In this document: positions 9,592 through 18,575 of the stretch, one piece after another
Position numbering within the stretch: position 1 is the first letter of the stretch
Layout: each line of letters starts with the position of its first letter
Virus record (IMG/VR): IMGVR_UViG_3300005076_000002
Location: 96,001-160,000 of that record
Strand: one strand, 5' to 3'
DNA length: 64,000 nt
DNA from: a virus
Lineage: Duplodnaviria > Caudoviricetes
Translations under genes and position numbers: made by a program
Notes under the pieces: generated by a model
Told to the model about the DNA's origin: nothing
Seen by the model: only the letters and a program-made list of their open reading frames with translations
Databases searched by the model: none

Positions 9592-10056
9592 TTAGGATTT
9601 AATGTCGAGCATCAGCTCGTTTACGGACATCATGTTGAGGCTGTAGCGATGGGCGTGATCGTCACGCATGCGCTCGAGGCCTTCGCAGATACCGATGGAC
9701 TTCTGAGTCCAGGCGATGTAGTCGCCGCTCTTGTCATTGACAAAAGCTTCGCCTTCATCTTTGAGCTGTTTGAAGCCGGCTTTGAGCTCGTCGCTATCGC
9801 TCTTGATCTTGTCCAGTACGTTAACCAGGCTATCCACGACTTCCTTCGGACCTTGTACGAGGTCATTACCAAACATGTTGGTGTATTGCTGGAGGACAGC
9901 GTCGGCCATACCGGTCAGCGGTTCGGTGACGCGGATTTGTTTCAAGACCTCGCGGTCGTGGTTAGCTTTGATAGTCAAATCCATCCCCTTATTGCGTGCA
10001 CGGTTAGCCGCTTTCTTTTTCATTTTTGCCCGAAGGGCACGTTTAGATTGTTGCAT
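9592..10056 (-). CDS. Hypothetical protein with basic N-terminus and coiled coil
   Basis: 154 aa, AAGGA RBS, biased codons. Confidence 0.78.
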   Translation of the reverse strand: MQQSKRALRAKMKKKAANRARNKGMDLTIKANHDREVLKQIRVTEPLTGMADAVLQQYTNMFGNDLVQGPKEVVDSLVNVLDKIKSDSDELKAGFKQLKDEGEAFVNDKSGDYIAWTQKSIGICEGLERMRDDHAHRYSLNMMSVNELMLDIKS

Positions 10057-10141
10057 GACTCGTCCTTATTGATAGAACATATTCTATGGAGCCTTCGTAA
10101 TATGGCAAGGCGTATAAAAAATAACCTGAAAGAGAGAAACC

Positions 10142-11011
10142 ATGAACGACTTATTAGTCAGTGTCTTGCATGAAGCACGCCATGAAAGTCGGGCAAACTC
10201 CATCATTGGCCTGACCCAGTGTCTTTACGATACTGGATATGGAGATGGTCTCGAATTAGGCATCACCAGCATCGTCGCGAAATATGATTCGTCGGCAGAA
10301 GCACTGCTCGAATTGGAGGGATACATCTATAAGAATATAATGGACTTAGTTGCAACGCTTGGTCTCGAGGTCGACTTTGATGAGTGCTATCGTCGCCCTG
10401 ACCATCTCTTGGACATCATCACCGTAATCCTCGAAGAGATCGAGACTTATGACGACTTCGATTCTCTGCTGACTATCGTAGATAGCGGTGAGCCGAGAAA
10501 CATTATCGTCGGAAATTTGACAGCGTTCATCAAATCCACCTCCGCTGCTAATTACCATGCGTTGATCAACGATGCTTCTGAAAAGCTGCACAAGACTATT
10601 CGCGGTGCTCTTGTAGCGCGCCAAATGATAGACGACAGTTACGAGCTTGACTATAAGCCCGAGATTGTCCGTAACGTCGTGGCGTTCTGTAGAAAGTTCC
10701 CGACCAGTCCAGTCCTTGCACTATTTGAGAACTACGGCTATACCAAAACCGTCGACGAATTGGTCGCCCAAGCCTCAGTGGAATTTGACAGCAACAGGCC
10801 AGATAAGTATCCGGCCGACGTGGGTCAAGTTGTAGCTGGTATCTTGCTCACCAAATATACCGACTATGACGAAGCCTATGAAGCGAAGGATGCGCTCGTT
10901 GCACAGATCATGGATGACGAACACAAGGCCGGTTACGAGGTGGCATTGCGTTATGCCAACGCTGCATTGGAAACGATCTTTGAACAGGTGAAGAACGATG
11001 AAGAAGCTTGA
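10142..11011 (+). CDS. Conserved hypothetical protein (phiKZ gp79-like)
   Basis: 289 aa; overlaps the start of the vRNAP subunit; ATTCTATG late motif at 10081. Confidence 0.8.
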   Translation: MNDLLVSVLHEARHESRANSIIGLTQCLYDTGYGDGLELGITSIVAKYDSSAEALLELEGYIYKNIMDLVATLGLEVDFDECYRRPDHLLDIITVILEEIETYDDFDSLLTIVDSGEPRNIIVGNLTAFIKSTSAANYHALINDASEKLHKTIRGALVARQMIDDSYELDYKPEIVRNVVAFCRKFPTSPVLALFENYGYTKTVDELVAQASVEFDSNRPDKYPADVGQVVAGILLTKYTDYDEAYEAKDALVAQIMDDEHKAGYEVALRYANAALETIFEQVKNDEEA

Positions 11012-12320
11012 TCTGTTTATCGCTGGCTGTAAGGCTGGCCGATGGAAGTGGAGATCATGGCGCATCAGCCTGTTCTCCGTGGCCGAACTGCCCTTAGCCG
11101 GCAGTGAGATGGCGGTTGATGTAGAGTTCACTCCACATGAACCTGAGCCATTTGATATCAACTATACCGAGGAAGGTACGTTTTGGTATAACGGCGAGAG
11201 CGGCCAGTGGGAACCGGTGGAAGATGCCGTCGCTGGCGAGGCTCTTTACGATAACCGCGGTCTGGCTGATTTCCCAGCCGACAGCATTCCCAATCACCCT
11301 GAACCCATCACTACTACCTATGGCCGGATGCTCTTTAACTGGCTGGTGATGGTCTACGCCTTTGGTAACAAACTGCCATTCCAAGAGAAGGCTACGTCTA
11401 AAGGTATCGTTAAGCTGTTCTGTGAACGCGTCCTGGATGATGACGAGGAACCGCCCAAGGACGGCAAGACGTATTTTACGGCCACCGAGGTACAGCGCTT
11501 TGTAAAGGCTATGTACGAGCTACCAAGCCTTTGCCAGTACATCACACCTACTGGTACCGAGAAGACGCTCACAACGCATCCTGACATGGTTAAGCGACGT
11601 ACTGAGTTGCTTGAGAAGTATAAGGACAATCTGACGCCGGCAAATATTGCTGCCATACAGAACGAACTTATTGCTCTTGATAAAGAGTGGCTCAAAGACG
11701 ACGAGGCCATGGACTATTACCTGAGCGGCAAAGCATTCTCGGTTAAGCGTAAGAAGATGTTTGTTATGCACGGCATCGAAGCCTCCTTCCAAGAGGACGG
11801 GAAGTTCACACTTATCCCGACTTCCTTGAATGAAGGTGGCGACCTTAAGAACATGGTTGCCAAAAACAACTCCATTCGTGAAGGTTCTTACGACCGTGGT
11901 GCTGACACGGCAAAGGGCGGTGAAAAGGTTACGTTCCTCCAGCGGGTTTATCAGAACACGAAGATTATTCCCGGTGATTGCGGAACTAAACTCACCTACA
12001 AGTTTATCATCACAGAACACAATGCTCACGCCTACCTCGGCCTCAACATGGTCGATGCTGGCAAGCTGGTTGTTCTTACCCCGGATTTGGCCAAGGCCAA
12101 CTACGGTAAGATGATTGCAATACGGCGTCCATTACTATGTCAGGCCAGCCACACCGACTACTGTGAGTGCTGTACAGGCCCTTCACTGGCAAAATCTCCT
12201 CGCGGCGTAGCCTCTGAGATAGCCGCTGTAGGTTCTGACATCATGTATGCGTTCATGCAGTCAATGCACGGTACTGAACTGGCCGTTGCCCATTTCGACT
12301 TCAACACCCATCTGAACTAA
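10998..12320 (+). CDS. Virion RNA polymerase beta' subunit, middle/C piece (phiKZ gp80-like)
   Basis: TTYGRMLFN, REGSYDRGADTAKGG, DCGT, RRPLLC, CECCTG, FMQSMHG. Confidence 0.88.
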   Translation: MKKLDLFIAGCKAGRWKWRSWRISLFSVAELPLAGSEMAVDVEFTPHEPEPFDINYTEEGTFWYNGESGQWEPVEDAVAGEALYDNRGLADFPADSIPNHPEPITTTYGRMLFNWLVMVYAFGNKLPFQEKATSKGIVKLFCERVLDDDEEPPKDGKTYFTATEVQRFVKAMYELPSLCQYITPTGTEKTLTTHPDMVKRRTELLEKYKDNLTPANIAAIQNELIALDKEWLKDDEAMDYYLSGKAFSVKRKKMFVMHGIEASFQEDGKFTLIPTSLNEGGDLKNMVAKNNSIREGSYDRGADTAKGGEKVTFLQRVYQNTKIIPGDCGTKLTYKFIITEHNAHAYLGLNMVDAGKLVVLTPDLAKANYGKMIAIRRPLLCQASHTDYCECCTGPSLAKSPRGVASEIAAVGSDIMYAFMQSMHGTELAVAHFDFNTHLN

Positions 12321-12329
12321 GGAAACAAC

Positions 12330-12923
12330 ATGTCTACTGAAAAAAACACCGCCCCTATTACCGAGAAGCCGGCTACCGAAGTTAAGGTAGACGTTTCTGG
12401 TGCAGCAGATAAGCCGACCGTTGCTGAAAAGCTGGTTGCTGAACTCGACGCCGCTCCGGCCGACCTCTTTGCCAAGCAGGGTGACACCTCTTCCAACCCG
12501 ACGCGTGTGAACGTCTGTATTGCTCACGTCAAGGCCTTTGCCGAGACCGTAGTTCCCGGTCAAACCAACGACGAAGCCGTCGCAACTGCCACCAACAACA
12601 TGTCCACCATGTTCGGTCTGCTGGAGACCCTGAACACTGCCGACGTGACCAAGGTGCTGGACGCCGTCATGGAAACCGTTACCGGTGGTGAAAGCCGCAA
12701 CTTCTGCAAGGCCTTCGACAAAGCCTACGCCTTCATCGGCCTGGCCGCTATCAAGTCCTCTGCCGAGCGTGAGCGTTTCGTACGCATGATGAACCTGATC
12801 TCCACCTACGCCAAGCTGCGTGACAAGTCCAAGCTGGAAACCCGTGTATCGGTCTCCTACTCTCTGGACCTGGTGAAGAACGAAGCTGGTCGCAAAGCGA
12901 TCCATGCTTACTTCTCCAAGTAA
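12330..12923 (+). CDS. Hypothetical, strongly codon-optimised (likely abundant virion protein)
   Basis: 197 aa, AAGGA RBS. Confidence 0.8.
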   Translation: MSTEKNTAPITEKPATEVKVDVSGAADKPTVAEKLVAELDAAPADLFAKQGDTSSNPTRVNVCIAHVKAFAETVVPGQTNDEAVATATNNMSTMFGLLETLNTADVTKVLDAVMETVTGGESRNFCKAFDKAYAFIGLAAIKSSAERERFVRMMNLISTYAKLRDKSKLETRVSVSYSLDLVKNEAGRKAIHAYFSK

Positions 12924-12936
12924 CAAATAAAGTATT

Positions 12937-12965
12937 AGGCTGGGGGCAATGCCCCCAGCCTTTTA
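12937..12965. terminator. Bidirectional terminator
   Basis: AGGCTGGGG-GCAATG-CCCCAGCCT TTT between convergent genes. Confidence 0.85.
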
Positions 12966-13784
12966 TGCCTTTCCGTCAAGGAAGGACATGTCGTGCGCAA
13001 TCATGTTGTAATGGACTTCGTAGAGCGACTGGATCAGCTTACGCTGAGCCGGGTCTTGGGTATCGCTGTACAGCAGCTCGTCATATTCAAACGGAATCTT
13101 ACTGACAACATCATCGTCTTCCAAGGCTGCGTTAGTTACTTCCAGCTCAACCTTGGCCCACGGATGGAAACCTTCGACAGAGGGGCTGAAGTACAGATCG
13201 AGCTCCCAGCATAGAAACCCAGTTCCACGGCGAGGGATCTTCTTACCGTCACGGTTAAGCAGCGGGATCTTGATCCGAACGCGCGAAGTGATCGACGTAG
13301 AACCCCAAGCCATCGAGATGAAGTTTTCATTCGATATTTCGGAATTGTACTCGCGCTTCTTTTTTTCTCCGATGTGAACTTTTGTGGTCAGCTCACAACG
13401 AGTGACTCGACCGTCATTGTAGTATTGTCTGGCCCGTACTTTACGCTCCTTATTGGCGCAAGGGATCTTAACTTCGATGAAAGCATAGTTATCGCAGTCG
13501 TGGAATTTCTCCATGATTGCTTTAATCTGCTCAGGACTGAGTTTAACGAAGAAGCTATACTCAATCTCATCTTCCCCATTATCACTCAGGTTAAGACCAC
13601 TGAAGATATCACCGAAGATCTTACCGAACGGAGTGTTGCCACCAACCTCCGTCTGGCCAAGGTCTTCCTTAAGGTTACGGTGGAAGTCTTCAGCTGTCCC
13701 CCACTGCTTACCCTCCGACTCCATCCCCACGCTTTGCTGATGTTTTTCAGCTATCTCCTGCGCTACTCGTTTCAGTAATGACAT
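12963..13784 (-). CDS. CYTH / triphosphate tunnel metalloenzyme domain protein with N-terminal propeptide-like segment
   Basis: EDEIEYSFFVK (ExE), VRAR, ELTTK, KREYNSEI, WELDLY, VELEV; VGMES at residue ~20. Confidence 0.7.
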   Translation of the reverse strand: MSLLKRVAQEIAEKHQQSVGMESEGKQWGTAEDFHRNLKEDLGQTEVGGNTPFGKIFGDIFSGLNLSDNGEDEIEYSFFVKLSPEQIKAIMEKFHDCDNYAFIEVKIPCANKERKVRARQYYNDGRVTRCELTTKVHIGEKKKREYNSEISNENFISMAWGSTSITSRVRIKIPLLNRDGKKIPRRGTGFLCWELDLYFSPSVEGFHPWAKVELEVTNAALEDDDVVSKIPFEYDELLYSDTQDPAQRKLIQSLYEVHYNMIAHDMSFLDGKA

Positions 13785-15548
13785 TTATACTCTCCCGGCA
13801 GCAATATCCTCGTTGAATGCATCGAGCAGTTCGTCGATGTAAGGCATCTTGAGAATATCGTTGCATATTTCAATGGCGTTAGTCTTACCACCCGTCAGGT
13901 TAATGCCAGCACGACGTCTCGCATCCTCAGATACGCCCTCGATGCTACATACCTCAATGAAGGTGGTCTCTTTGGAGATGTTAAGAACGACTTCACCAGA
14001 AGGATATGCTTGGAGAATGTCCGCGTCGATTGTCTGACGTCTGAACATAGTTCGCTGTTCTGGAATCTCAGCGATACAGCGCAAGCCGTTATCTTCTACG
14101 GCATATGCCGGAAGAGTAACAATCCAACCAGTCATGTCGATAACATCGTCATCTAGCTCTGACGTGATATCACTGCCAACACAGCCGGCAATTTTCCCAC
14201 GTTCTTCATAGAAAAAGTGCAAGATGTCGACAAGACGTTTTGGCAAGCTCGGGAATATCGCGTAATCACTGATGTCAGCCAACGAAGACATGGTCATGCC
14301 CAAATCATTCGTTTTCTCATCAAGCAGCTCAATCGAGATACAGTCAAACAAGTTATAGATCACATATTCAGCAGGATAGTTCTTCTGCATGAACACGTGC
14401 CATTTCAGACGCTTGAGATGGTCAGCTTCTTTGAACTTAAGCTTACCAATACCCAGGTGACGATGGAGTACACCATCCAAGTTGTAGTCTGGCTCGTTAC
14501 CCTTAGCAACACGAATCTTCTTAAAGAGACACATTGCGTCTACAACGTAGAAGCCCGCCATGCAGTAGAGTACATGCCAAAGGTCAGCAGGGTGCTGTGA
14601 GATTGTCTTGGAGTTCGTCTCACGCTGCGCCTTGGCTTGCTTATAGCGAACTTTACGGTATTTTTGTGGGACGGATGGATCACAGAACACGTCTTCGGCA
14701 GGAATGCCGGCTTTGTCCAATGCAGCTAAGATTTGTGGAATATCGTAGTCCATGTTCCAGATAGTCAAGAAGTCTGGCTGTAGTTCATGAACGCGTTTCA
14801 TCACCGCTGCAATTGCGAGACCGGGATTGTCACAGATATGTATTTCGATGTCACCGCCCCGCTCTTTAATAAGGTCGGTGTTAACGATTATGTTCTCATA
14901 CTTACCGGTGACTTCATTCTTCTTACTTTTCTTTAGGTCAACGCTACTGAGATACTCCGCATACTTGCGATGGATAGTCTCATGGAAATCAGGGATTCGA
15001 TCAGCCCACCACTTAACGACACCTACGATTCTGGTCTTACCCATTGTCACGGAAGTCAGGATAGTTTCGTTGGTACCGAACGTAACGTCCCGCTCCGTAT
15101 CGAGTACGGCTACGCGACTACGAGATACCAGACCTGGCCACTTCTCTTTATAGCGGTGTTTGAGCAGTGCCTGAGGCCCCATGTCCGCATAGTAGACGTA
15201 GGGACTCTGACATACATCACGCAACTGCTTCTTGGGATCAGGATAAGTACGGCCGAGCGCTTGCTGTATTTTCATCGACAGCTCGACCTGAGTACATTCA
15301 AACTTTTGCAGCTTTTCTAACTCTTCGTATTCTTTTTTATCTTGGTGGTTACGGTAGTTTTCCCGAGTAATGTAGAAAGGCCGTTTGAAGTTCTCAACTA
15401 AGCGGATGCGCGGAAAGTGTCCGCCATCTTTTGTATGAATGACCTCTTTAATTAGCAACATGTCGTTAAAAGAACGATCGGTTGCTTCTTGGTATGAGAT
15501 ATTTTTACACTCAACGCCAAGGACGTCATCAGCAGAAATTTTTACCAT
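13785..15548 (-). CDS. Split family-B DNA polymerase, exonuclease/N-terminal subunit (phiKZ gp82-like)
   Basis: ExoI VLDTERD, ExoII WNMDYDIP, YNLDGVL, ExoIII YNLFDC, region II DILQAYPS; start at MVKIS avoids overlap with the next gene. Confidence 0.8.
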   Translation of the reverse strand: MVKISADDVLGVECKNISYQEATDRSFNDMLLIKEVIHTKDGGHFPRIRLVENFKRPFYITRENYRNHQDKKEYEELEKLQKFECTQVELSMKIQQALGRTYPDPKKQLRDVCQSPYVYYADMGPQALLKHRYKEKWPGLVSRSRVAVLDTERDVTFGTNETILTSVTMGKTRIVGVVKWWADRIPDFHETIHRKYAEYLSSVDLKKSKKNEVTGKYENIIVNTDLIKERGGDIEIHICDNPGLAIAAVMKRVHELQPDFLTIWNMDYDIPQILAALDKAGIPAEDVFCDPSVPQKYRKVRYKQAKAQRETNSKTISQHPADLWHVLYCMAGFYVVDAMCLFKKIRVAKGNEPDYNLDGVLHRHLGIGKLKFKEADHLKRLKWHVFMQKNYPAEYVIYNLFDCISIELLDEKTNDLGMTMSSLADISDYAIFPSLPKRLVDILHFFYEERGKIAGCVGSDITSELDDDVIDMTGWIVTLPAYAVEDNGLRCIAEIPEQRTMFRRQTIDADILQAYPSGEVVLNISKETTFIEVCSIEGVSEDARRRAGINLTGGKTNAIEICNDILKMPYIDELLDAFNEDIAAGRV

Positions 15549-15622
15549 GTCTAGTTTACCACGAGTTAGTAAATGACTTAACACATAATGGTCACATGTG
15601 TCTTTATTAAGCGGAGTCGAAT

Positions 15623-16888
15623 ATGTCCGAATTTGATTTTGATCCTGCTGCTCCAATAGGATTTGAGAGCTTCGATGACAGCGCCACCAAACAGGTAGGG
15701 TTGGAGTCACTGAAGGTACATATCCGTCGAGTAGGGATGAACCAAACTGCTTATTATGCAGGTGAGGCTATTGAGCCCGGCCTTTTCAGTAAACTGTCGG
15801 TTAAAGCATTAACCAAAAACCCATCCAAGACCAAACAGTCTATCGCTATGGAGGTGATCACTGAAAAGCAAATGGCATTGGGTGGTGCGGTAGCCGTCGC
15901 TACCGGCGGTTTGGGTTATATGCTCTACCGTTTCTGGAAATGGATTAAGAGCAAGTTCTCATCAGGCGAACTCAGCGATGCCGACATCAGTAATAACGAG
16001 CTGAAAATACCGACGGCTGATGAAGCATTGGCTAAAGGCGAAAAGATTGCAAAGAAGGTGGCTAGCGACGAAGAGTTAGCCGAGAGTCTTAAGCCTTATG
16101 CCTCGTATATCGGGAAACCGGAATACGTCGCCATCGCAATGGGTATCCATGGTGCCAAGAAAGCCGGTCTGTCCAAGAACGAACTGGAGACGCTACTCAA
16201 GAAACTGTCTACGTCCAAACTGGTCAAAGACAAACCCGAGCATGCTATCCCGTTAATTCTTACACGCCACGGAATCGTCCCGATTTATAAAATTGCCAAG
16301 TATGGTAAATTTAACCGGGATTTTGTAAGGCAGCTGACACATTACGCTGATGACCTTGCTAAGCAAGTTATCCTGCTGACTTCCACCGATGGTTCTACCA
16401 AGGACATAAACGAGCTCAAGAATGCCGTTAAACGTCTCGACAGTGCATTCGGCGCCTCTCCAAATATACGAGATGCCGTAAGTGCTTTCGATTCGACTAC
16501 GGAGCTTGGGAAGCTTCTGGCGAGTATTCGCAGTCAGCGGATTGGCTACTTCACTTCCAAGCAGGGAGTGACGATGCTTGACCCTGACGCTGAGGCTAGC
16601 TATTTTGACCTCGTAGCAACCTCACGTCTGTTCGAAGATACCGCCTCGGACACCAAAGAGTTTAACCGCGTCATTGAGAAGATCAATGATAAGTTAAAAC
16701 GTGACAGCATTAAAGAATCTGAAATCTCTCGCTTTAATTCGCTGCCAGCGGAAAACCGTAAAGATCTCAATGAGATCTCCAAGAAAATACAAGAGCATAC
16801 TGGTAACGTTCTGCGTGCCAAGAAGTTCTTCCAATACTGCTACCGCCAGGTCGGCCTTTATAAACAACAAGTAAACGAGGTGGTGTAA
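15623..16888 (+). CDS. Head/ejected protein with propeptide and hydrophobic helix
   Basis: IGFES, VGLES and IAME sites followed by MALGGAVAVATGGLGYMLYRFWKWIK. Confidence 0.75.
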   Translation: MSEFDFDPAAPIGFESFDDSATKQVGLESLKVHIRRVGMNQTAYYAGEAIEPGLFSKLSVKALTKNPSKTKQSIAMEVITEKQMALGGAVAVATGGLGYMLYRFWKWIKSKFSSGELSDADISNNELKIPTADEALAKGEKIAKKVASDEELAESLKPYASYIGKPEYVAIAMGIHGAKKAGLSKNELETLLKKLSTSKLVKDKPEHAIPLILTRHGIVPIYKIAKYGKFNRDFVRQLTHYADDLAKQVILLTSTDGSTKDINELKNAVKRLDSAFGASPNIRDAVSAFDSTTELGKLLASIRSQRIGYFTSKQGVTMLDPDAEASYFDLVATSRLFEDTASDTKEFNRVIEKINDKLKRDSIKESEISRFNSLPAENRKDLNEISKKIQEHTGNVLRAKKFFQYCYRQVGLYKQQVNEVV

Positions 16889-18150
16889 TGATGAATATAG
16901 GTTTTGAGGCGATTGCGTACCAGGGTAAATCAAAACTGGCCGATCGTCTCACCCAACTGATTGATGACTGGCGTGCAAGCCGAATCTTCAATAGCGAAGA
17001 AGCGGCCAGACGGGGGCTGGCAGCTACCGTATTTGAACTGACTGGTATTTCGATCCGTGTGGATGTTGTTGACGTTCCCTACTCCAATGCCTCTGTGGAG
17101 TTGCCGAGCATCGATAAAAACCATCCGCTGGTCAACAACTACCAGCGTGGTTGGTTGGCTAACCGCGACCTGCATAAAGTCCTGAACTTTGTAGGTGGCA
17201 CGTTCTCTGGCATGGTTGATCGCAAAGAAGCCCGTGTATATGGCGACTTCTCCAAGCTCAACTGCCCGACTACTCTCACCACTGGCCTCCTGATGAACCC
17301 GCTGATCGGTAGCCGTGGCGTGGCTGCAATCTTGCTGCATGAACTCGGACACGTATTCACGTTCTTTGAATATATCCTCGATATGTTCAATATGAACTAT
17401 GCAGCCGCTAACGTCTCTCATCGCGTCCTCAAGACCGAGACCGACCAACAACGCATCGAAATCATCAGCGAGTACGAGAAGGCCACCGGCACCGTTATCG
17501 AAGATAAGGAACTGCTGATCCGTCAGGACAAGGCAGACACCATCTTTGTTAAGCTGGTTACCGAAACCGTCAAGAAGCGTCGTAACGTTGAAGGTAATGA
17601 AGTCTACTCCTATCGTGGCTTTGAATCGGTCTCTGACCAATTCGCAGTTCGCCATGGTGTAGGTCGTGACCTGCAACTGGCTCTGGCAGTCATCGAGCGT
17701 GAGAACGGCTCTACTTCCCACTATGGCTGGGTTGTGCATATCTGCGTCGAATACCTGAAGCTTATCGGCTTCATGTTTATGACTGGTATGACCGCTGGCA
17801 TGTTTGCAATCATCATCCTGCTGTGCAGCCGTCCGCTGAACAAGATCTACGATGACCCCAAAGAGCGTGCTGTCCGTATTCGTAATGAAATGCTCGGCGA
17901 GCTCAAAGGTAAACTTACCGACGGACGTCGTAAGGAAATCGTAGCGGACATCCATGCTATTGATGTTTGCATTAAGGAGATGAGCGACAAGAAGACAATC
18001 ATGGAGGCCATCTGGGCTTACCTGATCCCGTCTGGTCGTCAGTCCGAAGCCAAGCGTAAATTCGAGCAACAGCTCGAGGCCCTGGGCAACAACAACTTGT
18101 TCTATGCGAGCTCCATGTTGGAGACCGTAGAGATCCCCAAACACGTATAA
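16888..18150 (+). CDS. Virion protein (phiKZ gp84-like) with HExxH zincin/M48-like motif and TM helix
   Basis: IGFEA at N-terminus; AAILLHELGHVF; ESVSDQFA; hydrophobic YLKLIGFMFMTGMTAGMFAIIILL. Confidence 0.75.
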   Translation: MMNIGFEAIAYQGKSKLADRLTQLIDDWRASRIFNSEEAARRGLAATVFELTGISIRVDVVDVPYSNASVELPSIDKNHPLVNNYQRGWLANRDLHKVLNFVGGTFSGMVDRKEARVYGDFSKLNCPTTLTTGLLMNPLIGSRGVAAILLHELGHVFTFFEYILDMFNMNYAAANVSHRVLKTETDQQRIEIISEYEKATGTVIEDKELLIRQDKADTIFVKLVTETVKKRRNVEGNEVYSYRGFESVSDQFAVRHGVGRDLQLALAVIERENGSTSHYGWVVHICVEYLKLIGFMFMTGMTAGMFAIIILLCSRPLNKIYDDPKERAVRIRNEMLGELKGKLTDGRRKEIVADIHAIDVCIKEMSDKKTIMEAIWAYLIPSGRQSEAKRKFEQQLEALGNNNLFYASSMLETVEIPKHV

Positions 18151-18164
18151 GTGAGACATCCGCC

Positions 18165-18575
18165 ATGTATGAACTTCTCCGTAACTTCCAATCTCGTGCC
18201 GCTGTGGAGTCCGGTGATCGCAACCTGCTCCTGCGGAAGCTGGTAGCCGCCGGCATTGCGTACTCCTCTCCCCTCCCCGTGGGCGAGATGACTGACGCTG
18301 GCGCCTATTTCCGTCAGATGGTCTACAAAGATGCCTGCAAGGTAATCGACGTAGTCAACAGCAAGATCGTCATCGATACCGACGGCGTCCTCGATGACGT
18401 ACGTAGCATCTGGATGGCTCGCTATGAGCTGGTTAACAGCCCGATCATCCCGATCCAGATCTATGACTTCCACGGGAGTCTTTCTACCGCCACGGGTTCC
18501 ATCGTTAACCATTTCAACGCATGGATCACCCCGTTCTCCCAAAGCATCAAAACTTTCATTGAGGGGCAGGACTAA
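18165..18575 (+). CDS. Small virion-cluster protein (gp85-like)
   Basis: 136 aa, coupled to the next gene. Confidence 0.72.
   Translation: MYELLRNFQSRAAVESGDRNLLLRKLVAAGIAYSSPLPVGEMTDAGAYFRQMVYKDACKVIDVVNSKIVIDTDGVLDDVRSIWMARYELVNSPIIPIQIYDFHGSLSTATGSIVNHFNAWITPFSQSIKTFIEGQD

Noticed and set aside
15549-15710. N-terminal extensions given by the ORF track (also 48258-48335, 54515-54649, 26975-27025, 37915-37977)
   Set aside because: They overlap neighbouring genes or regulatory DNA, and downstream ATGs are better supported.
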